Below are positions 35,600 through 48,726 of a stretch of DNA of 64,000 bases, one piece after another. Location of the stretch: positions 17,422,001-17,486,000 of the forward strand of contig CATNEN010000038.1 in the NCBI GenBank assembly GCA_950097015.1, written 5' to 3'. This stretch comes from Macrostomum hystrix. Its lineage: Eukaryota > Animalia > Platyhelminthes. Every line of letters begins with the position of its first letter. Position 1 is the stretch's first letter. The notes under the pieces are model-generated. The model saw nothing but the letters and a program-made list of their open reading frames with translations, was not told the origin of the DNA and made no database searches. The translations under genes and the position numbers were made by a program.

Positions 35600-38500
35600 A
35601 TGCCATGCTGCGGCTGCGGAGGCGGCAGCGGTAGCAACAACATCGCCAACTATTTAAACAAAAATATTAATCATCTGAACTTAAATAGTCACAGTAATAA
35701 TAGCAATCGTCTGTTCACTAATAGAGGCATCCTTGCTGCACAATTCTGCTTATTAGTAGTGGCCATAGTCTGCAGCGTTTGCGACGCTTCTGGAGGCAGC
35801 GTCGGCGGCGTCAAGAGCGACAAAAAAGTGAACTTTTTAGCCGCGATGCTGTCACTATGCCTGCCGTCATTAAAATCTAGCGCCAATATAAGCAGCATCG
35901 AATCTTTATCTAATGTTGTTGTTGATCGAACTAAGCGCGACGCGCCAACGCCCAATGTCATCATCGATTATCGTTCGCCATTGGAAATCGCTCGCCTATC
36001 GTTAGGTGAAAATGTCAGCCTGATTAATGAGCTATGCAAGCAGCCAGTGACTGATAATACCCCGGAGCTATTGTCAAGGCTTCTATCATGGATTAATAGT
36101 GGTTTATTGAGGGTGCTCAACTGTGAGCACTTGTCAATAGAATCCGTGCTGCCGCAGTTTGACGGCTGCTCGGAGCTGACGACAGTTTTGTCCGCAGCTG
36201 TACACAACTCCGGTTCAACTGACGGCGCCCGCAGCCTTGCCTGCCATTGCATCGGCAGCTTATTGAATGCTTCGTCTAATCTAAGTCATGTTCTCGCCCA
36301 GTTTCACTTTCTAGTTGATCGGGTGTACTTTACAAAGAGTTCGGTAAACAGAACTGCTCATCAGGAGACTATGCGAGAATGTCAGGTGAGAGTTTTGTGT
36401 AGCTTTTATTTAAAATCGTTTTTTGCATTAAAAATCAATCTCTGATCCCTGACTTAAATTAGGATTAAAATAGAGTTGTATTTACCGAAACAGCATACGA
36501 GGATCTGAAAAATTGACCTTCACTTAAGTCCCTGATAAAAAGTACAAGAATAGAACTGAAAGTTAAAACACAGTATTATATTACTATATTACTGTTTGGT
36601 TATAAGTCCGATAGATTAGATATATTTTCTGCGATTTTTTCTTTGCAAAAATGTCTGCAAAAGACGCAGACGCAGCAGGTCTGATGGATAGGTAGAAACA
36701 TTTTTTTCTAGTTTATTCCCAGCCATAAAAGCCTAGGATTGGATGCCATGTTGGATGCCTCGCCTGTTTAGAGTTTAAGACGCCAAATGTACTGTAGGTT
36801 GGGGATGGCCGAAGTTGGAAGGCTGGGAGTGGACTACCGAATTAGGATGTTGGTCGAGTGGGGAGGTAAATGCGGTCTGGCGCACTATCGATGAGGATGC
36901 GATGTGGGCAGTGCGGCGGGGTCAGTACATCTGGCATCTGGCACGGTTTTAGTGGATTCGTTTTTTTGGCGGCTGTTTGCTTAAGATTTTCAGTCTTGGC
37001 AGCTGGCAGCACGCACACCTAGAAGAAGGTGAAAAATGTTATTGAGGCTGTGCTTTTTTCTAGGCGCGGAGTTTGATTTGTTGAATTCGGATGCTGTGTC
37101 TAGGGGATCTTAATACTATGAGTTGGGATGTAGTGTCTAGGGGATCTTAATACTTTGAGTTGGGATGTAGTGTCTAGGGGATCTTAATACTATGAGTTGG
37201 GATGTAGTGTCTAGGGGATCTTAATACTATGAGTTGGGATGTAGTGTCTAGGGGATCTTAATACTATGAGTTGGGATGTAGTGTCTAGGGGATCTTAATA
37301 CTATGAGTTGGGATGTAGTGTCTAGGGGATCTTAATACTATGAGTTGGGATGTAGTGTCTAGGGGATCTTAATACAATGAGTTGGGATGCTGTGTCTAGG
37401 GGATCTTAATACTTTGAGTTGGGATGTAGTGTCTAGGGGATCTTAATACAATGAGTTGGGATGCTGTGTCTAGGGGATCTTAATACTTTGAGTTGGGATG
37501 CTGTGTCTAGGGGATCTTAATACTTTGAGTTGGGATGCTGTGTCTAGGGGATCTTAATACTTTGAGTTGGGATGCTGTGTCTAGGGGATCTTAATACTTT
37601 GAGTTGGGATGTAGTGTCTAGGGGATCTTAATACAATGAGTTGGGATGCTGTGTCTAGGGGATCTTAATACTTTGAGTTGGGATGCTGTGTCTAGGGGAT
37701 CTTAATACTTTGAGTTGGGATGCTGTGTCTAGGGGATCTTAATACTTTGAGTTGGGATGTAGTGTCTAGGGGATCTTAATACTATGAGTTGGGATGCTGT
37801 GTCTAGGGGATCTTAATACTATGAGTTGGGATACTGTGTCTGAGGAATACTAAGAATTGGGATGCAGTGTCTGAGGAATACTAAGAATTGGGATGCAGTG
37901 TCTGAGGAATACTTAGAATTGGGATGCGGTGTCTGAGGAATACTTAGAATTGGGATGCAGTGTCTGAGGAATACTAAGAATTGGGATGCAGTGTCTGAGG
38001 AATACTTAGAATTGGGATGCAGTGTCTGAGGAATACTAAGAATTGGGATGCAGTGTCTGAGGAATACTAAGAATTGGGATGCAGTGTCTGAGGAATACTT
38101 AGAATTGGGATGCAGTGTCTGAGGAATACTAAGAATTGGGATGCAGTGTCTGAGGAATACTAAGAATTGGGATGCAGTGTCTGAGGAATACTAAGAATTG
38201 GGATGCAGTGTCTGAGGAATACTTAGAATTGGGATGCAGTGTCTGAGGAATACTAAGAATTGGGATGCAGTGTCTGAGGAATACTAAGAATTGGGATGCA
38301 GTGTCTGAGGAATACTTAGAATTGGGATGCAGTGTCTGAGGAATACTTAGAATTGGGATGCAGTGTCTGAGGAATACTAAGAATTGGGATGCAGTGTCTG
38401 AGGAATACTAAGAATTGGGATGCAGTGTCTGAGGAATACTAAGAATTGGGATGCAGTGTCTGAGGAATACTAAGAATTGGGATGCGGTGTCTGAGGAATA

Positions 38501-41500
38501 CTAAGAATTGGGATGCAGTGTCTGAGGAATACTTAGAATTGGGATGCAGTGTCTGAGGAATACTTAGAATTGGGATGCAGTGTCTGAGGAATACTAAGAA
38601 TTGGGATGCGGTGTCTGAGGAATACTAAGAATTGGGATGCAGTGTCTGAGGAATACTTAGAATTGGGATGCAGTGTCTGAGGAATACTTAGAATTGGGAT
38701 GCAGTGTCTGAGGAATACTAAGAATTGGGATGCAGTGTCTAGGGGATCTTAATACTTAGAATTGGGATGCAGTGTCTGAGGAATACTAAGAATTGGGATG
38801 CAGTGTCTGAGGAATACTAAGAATTGGGATGCAGTGTCTGAGGAATACTAAGAATTGGGATGCAGTGTCTGAGGAATACTAAGAATTGGGATGCAGTGTC
38901 TGAGGAATACTAAGAATTGGGATGCAGTGTCTGAGGAATACTTAGAATTGGGATGCAGTGTCTGAGGAATACTAAGAATTGGGATGCGGTGTCTGAGGAA
39001 TACTAAGAATTGGGATGCAGTGTCTGAGGAATACTAAGAATTGGGATGCAGTGTCTGAGGAATACTAAGAATTGGGATGCAGTGTCTGAGGAATACTAAG
39101 AATTGGGATGCAGTGTCTGAGGAATACTAAGAATTGGGATGCGGTGTCTGAGGAATACTAAGAATTGGGATGCAGTGTCTGAGGAATACTTAGAATTGGG
39201 ATGCAGTGTCTGAGGAATACTAAGAATTGGGATGCAGTGTCTGAGGAATACTAAGAATTGGGATGCAGTGTCTGAGGAATACTAAGAATTGGGATGCAGT
39301 GTCTGAGGAATACTAGTCTGGTAGTTCTACAATGAAAATTACTTAAACTAGGCAGAATAGAGTAGGCTTAGTGAGATGAGCTGTAAGCTAACAGGACTGT
39401 GTGGTCTAATTAGGCTTACAATTATACTCTAGTACTTAATTAGGCCTAGGCGTGCCCGTTCTATTGACTAACTTGATTTCAACACCCAGGCCTTGTTCGC
39501 TTCGTCTATTTTTTTCTATCTATAGTCATCCTGTCAGGGCTCCACAGCTGCGCGAGTGGTATATATGATATATAATAAATACCTTGATTTTCGCGACGTG
39601 CGACACACTCAACTCTATGATACTTAGCTCGTATGTACTAATGCGAGTACATTTAGTTTGAAATTTGTTTAGTTAATTCTTAGTCTCAACTGAGAGACTT
39701 CCAATGTTAAACGTCTCCGTAGTCGTAAACTATCGGAGATACGAGAAAACAAAATATGAGACAGGTGAATGGTTAGATATTGGAGATACGTGAATGGTTA
39801 GATGTTGGAGACGGGTGAATGGCTAGATATTGGAGATACGTGAATGGTTAGATGTTGGAGACAGGTGAATGGTTAGATATTGGAGATACGTGAATGGTTA
39901 GATGTTGGAGACGGGTGAATGGCTTGATATTGGAGATACGTGAATGGTTAGATGTTGGAGACAGGTGAATGGCTAGATGTTGGAGACAGGTGAATGGTTA
40001 GATATTGGAGACAGGTGAATGATTAAATGTTGGAGACAGGTGAATGGCTAGATATTGGAGACACGTGAATGGTTAGATATTGGAGACAGGTGAATGGCTA
40101 GATGTTGGAGACAGGTGAATGGTTAAATGTTGGAGACAGGTGAATGGTTAGATGTTGGAGACAGGTGAATGGTTAAATGTTGGAGACAGGTGAATGGTTA
40201 GATATTGGAGACAGGTGAATGGTTAAATGTTGGAGACAGGTGAATGGTTAGATGTTGGAGACAGGTGAATGGTTAGATGTTGGAGACAGGTGAATGGTTA
40301 GATGTTGGAGACAGGTGAATGGTTAAATGTTGGAGACAGGTGAATGGTTAGATGTTGGAGACAGGTGAATGGTTAAATGTTGGAGACAGGTGAATGGTTA
40401 GATATTGGAGACAGGTGAATGGTTAAATGTTGGAGACAGGTGAATGGTTAGATATTGGAGACAGGTGAATGGTTAAATGTTGGAGACACGTGAATGGTTA
40501 GATATTGGAGACACGTGAATGGTTAGACGTTGGAGACAGGTGAATGGCTAGATATTGAAGACACGTGAATGGTTAGACGTTGGAGACAGGTGAATGGCTA
40601 GATATTGAAGACAGTTAAATGTCTAGAGGGACAGCTTTAGCTATTAGAAAATGCCCAGCCAACCGATCACTAAGTGAGTTGGGACGGTCGTAACGCTAAA
40701 TTGATGAAAGTTAGGTAAGATCCATTCGTCGTCTATTTCACGTTTTACTCGTTTGCACTATTGAATTTAAAAGTGCAAGCGCATTTCTTGCAAATTAAAT
40801 TTACACAGGACAAGTACAGAGACTGGCTCTGCTCCGTGACATTCAGCGTCTATAATTCAAGCTCGCCTGCTAGCAAAGTCAGCCCCTGCTCCGTTTGGTG
40901 CCAATCGGTGGAGACCGAGTGTCCATATTTGACACCGTCCGACGAGAACTCTAATTCCGGAGAGCCAGTCTTCCTGTGCCATGGTGAGCCTCCAAGACCT
41001 CTTACATGCCTCCCAGATCCTCTACTTACCTCTTAGATCCTGTATAACCTTCAAGATCTCCTACTGACTTCCCAGATCGCCTACTGACTTCCCAGATCCC
41101 CTACTGACTTCCCAGATCCCCTACTGACTTCCCAGATCCCCTACTGACTTCCCAGATCCCCTACTGACTTCCCAGATCCCCTACTGACTTCCCAGATCCC
41201 CTACTGACTTCCCAGATCCCCTACTGACTTCCCAGATACCCTACTGACTTCCCAGATCCCCTACTGACTTCCCAGATCCCCTACTGACTTCCCAGATACC
41301 CTACTGACTTCCCAGATACCCTACTAACTTCCCAGATACCCTACTGACTTCCCAGATACCCTACTGACTTCCCAGATCCCCTACTGACTTCCCAGATACC
41401 CTACTGACTTCCCAGATACCCTAATGACTTCCCAGATCCCCTACTGACTTCCCAGATCCCTTGCTGACTTCCCAGGTATCCTACTGGCTCTACGACATCT

Positions 41501-43073
41501 TACAGACATCCAAGATCTCCTGCTGACCTCCTAAAACCTTCAGACTTCAGACTCCTTCAGACCTTTCAGACTCCAGATCCTCCACTGACTCCAGATCCAA
41601 TACTGACCTCCAGATCCACTACTGACATCCTAAATGCCGTTCTGAACTCCTATATTTCATATTTTCGAACAGTCCAATTATTCGAAAAATGTCAAGTAAA
41701 TTTCTATTTAAATATCCTCAAACACAGTTAGCTGTGTGCTTTTCTAGGATTAAAGCCCCTCGTTTTTGCAATTCAAATTTCCTGCCAGCCTAATTAGCTA
41801 TTCGATGGTATGCTTGTGGGGATTGAAAGCTTGTCTATACAGTGAGCTGGGATATGCATTAGCGCATCCCTGTAGCTTTCATTTTCCGTGTTTAGTGGTT
41901 TCCCTAGATGCACAGTGGGATGGCAGGTCAGAATTTTTAATTCGCTGTCCGGTCAGATCAATTTACGCCTCTCTTAGCTTTAATCTGTCGCCTATCCGTC
42001 TTTGTTTGACCCATATGAATTGTCCGCTTTTGAGATCCGATATCTCCTAATTGACTCTTTTTAACCCTATTCTTCCCTTTCTAGGAACTGGTGTTTTCTG
42101 GGGAAATCTAGTTTGAACTTGCTGTCGTTAATTCGGCGCACTCTAGCACTAGTTAAATATAATTTTCGTCTCGATAGACTTGTTTATACATTTCTTAACT
42201 GTCTAGATCCCCATCTAGCATTATAAATCCCCATCTAATATTTTCAATTTCCTGCCAGATCCCTATCCTACCTTCCAGATCCCTATCCTACCTTCTAGAT
42301 CCCTTTCCTACCTTCCAGATCCCTATCCTACCTTCCAGATCCCTATCCTATCTTCTAGATCCCTATTCTATCTGATTCTTATCTTTCAGATCCCTATCCG
42401 ACCTGATCCTTTTCTTCCAAATCCCTATCCGACCTGATCCCTATCTACCAGATCCCTATCCGACCTGATCCCTATTTTCCAGATCCCTATTTTCGAGATC
42501 CCTATCTTCCAGATCCCTATCTGACCTGATCCGTATCTTCCATATCCCTATCCGACCTGATCCCCATTTTCCAGATCCCTATTTCCCGATCTCTATCTTC
42601 CAGATCCCTGTCTTCCAGATCCGACCTGATCCCTATCCTATCTTCCATATGCCTATCAAACATTCGAGATTTCTTGTCTAAAAAGCAAATTTAGTATCAA
42701 CATCAGGCCGCCAATATCAACATCCGCAGAGGACAGTTACAAAGGCGCCAATGTGTCGGATCGTTGCACTGGCAGCTCGCAATGCTGCTGCTATGAACCA
42801 GCGACTATAGGCAATCACACTGATATTGCCATCGTCTGTACCTCACCGCCTGTCTCTGCTTCTGCTTCTATATCGAGCAGTCAGGGCGGCGAAGCTATTG
42901 AAGACTATTCAACCGCTGACAGTCCAAACTCCGATGCTAGTATTGCAAATTCTTCAAATACTACTTATTATAATAGCAGTAGCAGTAGCAGTGCTAGTTC
43001 AAATAGCGCCGCCAACCGAAGCCTGATATTAATGCTCCTGCTGTTGTTAGCACTAATCAATTCATTACATTGA
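35600..43073 (+). CDS. NALF1: NALCN channel auxiliary factor NLF-1/FAM155 (Mid1-related), 3 exons, about 434 aa
   Basis: Exons 35600-36385, 40809-40983 and 42730-43073 give 1305 nt. N-terminal hydrophobic segment; Cys-rich domain CQDKYRDWLC...PCSVWCQSVETECPYLTP...GEPVFLC matching the FAM155/NLF-1 pattern; CCY; Ser-rich stalk; C-terminal hydrophobic tail. Confidence 0.82.
37090..39315. repeat. Compound minisatellite: 37-bp block (37090-37830) then 31-bp block (37830-39315)
   Basis: Units TAGTGTCTAGGGGATCTTAATACTATGAGTTGGGATG and CAGTGTCTGAGGAATACTAAGAATTGGGATG. Confidence 0.97.
39758..40615. repeat. 25-bp minisatellite GGAGACAGGTGAATGGTTAGATGTT
   Basis: About 34 copies in NLF-1 intron 1. Confidence 0.96.
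41060..41630. repeat. 20-bp minisatellite CTACTGACTTCCCAGATCCC
   Basis: About 21 near-perfect copies to 41475, degenerate beyond; NLF-1 intron 2. Confidence 0.95.
42255..42650. repeat. Degenerate CCAGATCCCTAT-based repeat
   Basis: Iterated (cc)agatccctat / acctgatccctat motifs with a period of about 16-20 bp. Confidence 0.85.
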
Positions 43074-43599
43074 TATTAATCTGCTGCCTGCTGATCTACC
43101 CGCCTAAATGCATGCGTCTTTAATCGGAGAAGACTGAAAACATTTTAGTAGGAATGCTACTACGAGTATATTGTAGCCTCGTATGTCTACTAGACCCTCC
43201 TGGTCTCATTATTTTCAGTTTAATAAGAAAATGTTTAAGCCAAACAAAATCTATTTAGAGTTTATTTAAAGGCATCCTTGTATTTGACTATAGTTTATTT
43301 TTCATTTTTATGATACATTTATTGTGCAATGAACATTGAGTTTGTACACTTAGTATTCTACTAGTCATTGATTTCTTTATACTGAACGTATATGATAGTA
43401 TATTTTTCTATGAACTCTATCGTCTGTACTGTCGTGCTGATGTACATTCGCTAACAATGTCTAGTCTATGCTTTAATATTATTTGCTATACTTTTGATTA
43501 AGACAATTTTTTGTGAATTATTCTAAGATCAAGTGTCAGACATACAGTTGTGAAATTAGATTTAAAAAACCTTTTGATCTCAAAGCAACCGTCTTAAAA

Positions 43600-44170
43600 A
43601 GTGAGATCTTATAAGAACTATAAAGGGGTGAGATCTCATGGCAGCTATCACAGAATGATGAGATCTCATGACAGCTAATCACAGAATGATGAGATATCAT
43701 GACAGCTATCACAGAATGATGAGATCTCATGACACCTATCACAGAATAATGAGATCTCATGACAGCTATCACAGAATAATGAGATCTCATGACACCTATC
43801 ACAGAATAATGAGATCTCATGACAGCTAATCACAGAATGATGAGATATCATGACAGCTATCACAGAATGATGAGATCTCATGACAGCTAATCACAGAATG
43901 ATGAGATCTCATGACAGCTAATCACAGAATGATGAGATATCATGACAGCTATCACAGAATGATGAGATCTCATGACAGCTTATCACAGAATGATGAGATC
44001 TCATGACAGCTTATCACAGAATAATGAGATATCATGGGCGTCATGGCAGTTATTTTAGAAGGGTAAGATCTCACGGCAGTTGGTTTAAAGGGGTAAGATC
44101 TCACGGTAGTTATTTTAAAACGGTAAGATCTTACGGCAGCCCTCATGCAATCAGGAGATCTCACGATAAG
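43600..44170. repeat. 30-31-bp minisatellite with palindromic ATGAGATCTCAT core
   Basis: Unit GAGATCTCATGACAGCTATCACAGAATGAT, about 14 good copies plus degenerate flanks. Confidence 0.93.
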
Positions 44171-44474
44171 ATGACATCCGCTGCTCATTAAGTGTAGAGA
44201 TTTTCTGTTTGAACAGACTTTTTGGCATGTTGTGGCTTAATGTTAATAGCCAGATTGTCGTCTGTATGACCAGTCATCATTTTCTCAACAAATCCAACAA
44301 TCAGTTGGTGTTTATTAATTATATATAAAAATCTGTCTAGACGTCGGACCCATCAAATACCGTTTCAGCTTGCCAGCGTTCATTTTTTCACTCGCGGCTA
44401 ATTATTTAAGATTGTTAATAACTATAGAAAATTATACTTGAAGCTGTTGAGTCCCCATAAAAGTAATGTGAGTG

Positions 44475-45035
44475 TAATTGGTTCCCTTTCTCTCTATTCA
44501 CGGGTCCTTCACTCTGATTGGTTCCCCTGTCTCTCTATTCATAGATCCTTCAATCTGATTGGTTCCCCTGTCTCTCTATTCATAGCTCCTTCAATCTGAT
44601 TGGTTCCCCTGTCTCTCTATTCATAGATCCTTCAATCTGATTGGTTCCCCTATCTCTCTATTCATAAATCCTTCAATCTGATTGGTTCCCCTGTCTCTCT
44701 ATTCATAGATCATTCAATCTGATTGGTTCCCATCTCTTTCTATTCATAGATCCTTCAATCTGATTGGTTCCCCTGTCTCTCTATTCATAGATCCTTCAAT
44801 CTGATTGGTTCCCCTCTCTCTCTATTCATAGATCCTTCAATCTGATTGGTTCCCCTATCTCTCTATTCATAGATCCTTCAATCTGATTGGTTCCCCTGTC
44901 TCTCTATTCATATATCCTTCAATCTGATTGGTTCCCCTATCTCTCTATTCATATATCCTTCAATCTGATTGGTTCCCCTGTCTCTCTATTCATAGATCCT
45001 TCAATCTGATTGGCTACCCAGTCTCTCTATTCACC
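44475..45035. repeat. 41-bp minisatellite containing a CCAAT box
   Basis: Unit TCTGATTGGTTCCCCTGTCTCTCTATTCATAGATCCTTCAA, about 13 copies. Confidence 0.95.
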
Positions 45036-45679
45036 AATCCTTTGTTGTGGTTGCTTGTCTCATAGATAGATTAAGGTCATTAGTGTTGTATTGTTAGCTC
45101 AAGTATAAAAATACTTATTTTTTTCAACGCAGATTTAAGCATTCAGGGTACAGCTTTTGCAGCAGTTTCTGTGTTTAATGCGCATATTGCACGTACATCG
45201 TGTGAAAGCATGGAGCTTATGTAATGTATCGTTATTCTATTTTTCTGTCTAGTACAAAGATGTTTCACAAAATATCAACAAAGCTTGCAACACTAAAAAC
45301 ACAACCAGATAGATACATGCCACCATGATTTGCCTTCCCTAGATTTACCTACCAGAAAATTACTTAAACAAAGTGTAAGTGTTTTGCATGCTTTTTCAGT
45401 TCTTTTTATAATTACAAGTACTAGCTAAATGCCAATCTTTTGTGTCGAGATGTTGGTTTTTCTACGTTTTTGTGTTAAATTAAACGCAATTATCAGTGTA
45501 AGTTTTTAATGTTTTCTACTGGGACACATTACGTGTGTTTTTTGTATTCTCATATTGTATTCATTATACCTAGAATTGACTTATTTAAAAATGTATTTAA
45601 CTTCTGCGTCCTTAACTTCGTGTTTTTTCTTTATTGGTAAACATTTCGTGCGTTATAAATGACGTTTAAACTCTCAATG

Positions 45680-46092
45680 CTTCAGGATGCTGGCTGTGTA
45701 ACCCCCAGTACTTCAGGATGCTGGCTGTGAAACCCCCAGTACTTCAGGATGCTGGCTGTGTAACCCCCAGTACTTCAGGGTGCTGGCTGTGTAACCCCCA
45801 GTACTTCAGGATGCTGGCTGTGTAACCTCCAGTACTTCAGGATGCTGGCTGTGTAACCCCCAGTACTTCAGGGTGCTGGCTGTGTAACCCCCAGTACTTC
45901 AGGATGCTGGCTGTGTAACCCCCAGTACTTCAGGGTGCTGGCTGTGTAACCCCCAGTACTTCAGAATGTTAGCTGTGTAACCCCTAGTACTTCAGGATGC
46001 TGGCTGTGAAACCCCCAGTACTTCAGGATGCTGGCTGTGTAACCCCTAGTACTTCAGGATGCTGGCTGATTAATTTCTAGTACTTCAGGATG
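45680..46092. repeat. 31-bp minisatellite CTTCAGGATGCTGGCTGTGTAACCCCCAGTA
   Basis: About 13 copies just upstream of the MPP8 start codon. Confidence 0.95.
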
Positions 46093-46243
46093 ATGACAGT
46101 GAAATCCCTTGTACTTCAGTTTTAATCCGGCTTGTGTTTCAAAAATTTTCAGAAATGTCTCCCAGCAGACTACCAGTCCTAACTGGTTAAATTAGGTTCA
46201 CAATATCAGAGCAATTGCAAAAAGAAGAGGTCAGATATAAAAT

Positions 46244-48686
46244 ATGGAACAATTGGAATCTGGGGAACTGTCCACCCAGTCTTCTACTGCTACGGAAGCT
46301 GCTCAGCAAAATGAGCACGAAAATGAATACGAAGTTGAGAGCATCCTTGAAGTGCGTGGACGCGGTCACACCAGGCGCTATCTAATCAAATGGAAAGGCT
46401 TCGGCGACGATTGGAACACTTGGGAGCCGCGCAGCAATCTGATTGGCTGCGAGGCGGCTCTGCAAGCCTTCAACGAAGAATTGCAACGGAAGAAGAATAA
46501 GAAGCTGTCGAAGCAGAATAAGAAAAAACTGACTGTTGTTTCCATGGTAAATATTTTTGTTCCCTCTGAAACCCGATCCCTTTGAATCTGAAATCTTATT
46601 TAATATCTTCGAATACAGAATCCCAAATCCCTATTGACGATCCAATAAGCCTACATATCAAATCCCAGTGGCCCCTAACCAAACTTCTGAAATCCCAATT
46701 ACCTCAACCCAAAATATCAACTCCCCATCACCTCCAATCCCTAATACATCCAACCCTAAGAGTCAAATCCCTAATACATCTAACCCTAAGAGTCAAATCC
46801 CTAATACATTCAACCCTAAGAGTCAAATCCCTAATACATTCAACCCTAAGAGTCAAATCCCTAATACATCCAACCCTAAGAGTCAAATCCCTAATACATC
46901 CAACCCTAAGAGTCAAATCCCTAATACATCCAACCCTAAGAGTCAAATCCCTAATACATCTAACCCTAAGAGTCAAATCCCTAATACATTCAACCCTAAG
47001 AGTCAAATCCCTAATACATTCAACCCTAAGAGTCAAATCCCTAATACATCCAACCCTAAGAGTCAAATCCCTAATACATCAAACCCTAAGAGTCAAATCC
47101 CTAATACATCCAACCCTAAGAGTCAAATCCCTAATACATTCAACCCTAAGAGTCAAATCCCTAATACATCCAACCCTAAGAGTCAAATCCCTAATACATC
47201 CAACCCTAAGAGTCAAATCCCTAATACATCCAACCCTAAGAGTCAAATCCCTAATACATCCAACCCTAAGAGTCAAATCCCTAATACATCAAACCCTAAG
47301 AGTCAAATCCCTAATACATCCAACCCTAAGAGTCAAATCCCTAATACATTCAACCCTAAGAGTCAAATCCCTAATACATCCAACCCTAAGAGTCAAATCC
47401 CTAATACATTCAACCCTAAGAGTCAAATCCCTAATACATTCAACCCTAAGAGTCAAATCCCTAATACATTCAACCCTAAGAGTCAAATCCCTAATACATC
47501 CAACCCTAAGAGTCAAATCCCTAATACATTCAACCCTAAGAGTCAAATCCCTAATACATTCAACCCTAAGAGTCAAATCCCTAATACATCCAACCCTAAG
47601 AGTCAAATCCCTAATACATTCAACCCAAAGAGTCAAATCCCTAATACATCCAACCCTAAGAGTCAAATCCCTAATACATCCAACCCTAAGAGTCAAATCC
47701 CTAATACATCTAACCCTAAGAGTCAAATCCCTAATACATCCAACCCTAAGAGTCAAATCCCTAATACATCCAACCCTAAGAGTCAAATCCCTAATACATC
47801 CAACCCTAAGAGTCAAATCCCTAATACATCCAACCCTAAGAGTCAAATCCCTAATACATCCAACCCTAAGAGTCAAATCCCTAATACATCCAACCCTAAG
47901 AGTCAAATCCCTAATACATCTAACCCTAAGAGTCAAATCCCTAATACATCCAACCCTAAGAGTCAAATCCCTAATACATCCAACCCAAAGAGTCAAATCC
48001 CTAATACATCCAACCCTAAGAGTCAAATCCCTAATACATCCAACCCTAAGAGTCAAATCCCTAATACATCCAACCCTAAGAGTCAAATCCCTATTACATC
48101 CAACACTAAGAGTCAAATCCCTAATACATCCAACCCTAAGAGTCAAATCCCTAATACATCCAACCCTAAGAGTCAAATCCCTAATACATCCAACCCTAAG
48201 AGTCAAATCCCTAATACATCCAACCCTAAGAGTCAAATCCCTATTACATTCAACCCTAAGAGTCAAATCCCTAATACATTCAACCCTAAGAGTCAAATCC
48301 CTATTACATCCAACCCTAAGAGTCAAATCCCTAATACATTCAACCCTAAGAGTCAAATCCCTAATACATTCAACCCTAAGAGTCAAATCCCTATTACATT
48401 CAACCCTAAGAGTCAAATCCCTAATACATCTAACCCTAAGAGTCAAATCCCTAATACATTCAACCCTAAGAGTCAAATCCCTATTACATCCAACACTAAG
48501 AGTCAAATATCTTTTCTCCAACCCTAAATACAAATCCCTTTTACCTCCAAGCCCTAAAATTATGAAATCTGAAATCTCCATTTTAAGGCCTCAGCTACTC
48601 CAGCAACAGTGTTGCCTGTAGAAATAGATAGGCCTAGTTCAGATCGTCTTACGGAGACTCGTCATAATCTTCAACAACAACAACAA

Positions 48687-48726
<40 letters not shown>

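Noticed and set aside
46582-48621. Long repetitive ORFs of 679, 619 and 430 aa
   Set aside because: They are stop-free frames of a 30-bp minisatellite inside MPP8 intron 1, bounded by good GT/AG sites.
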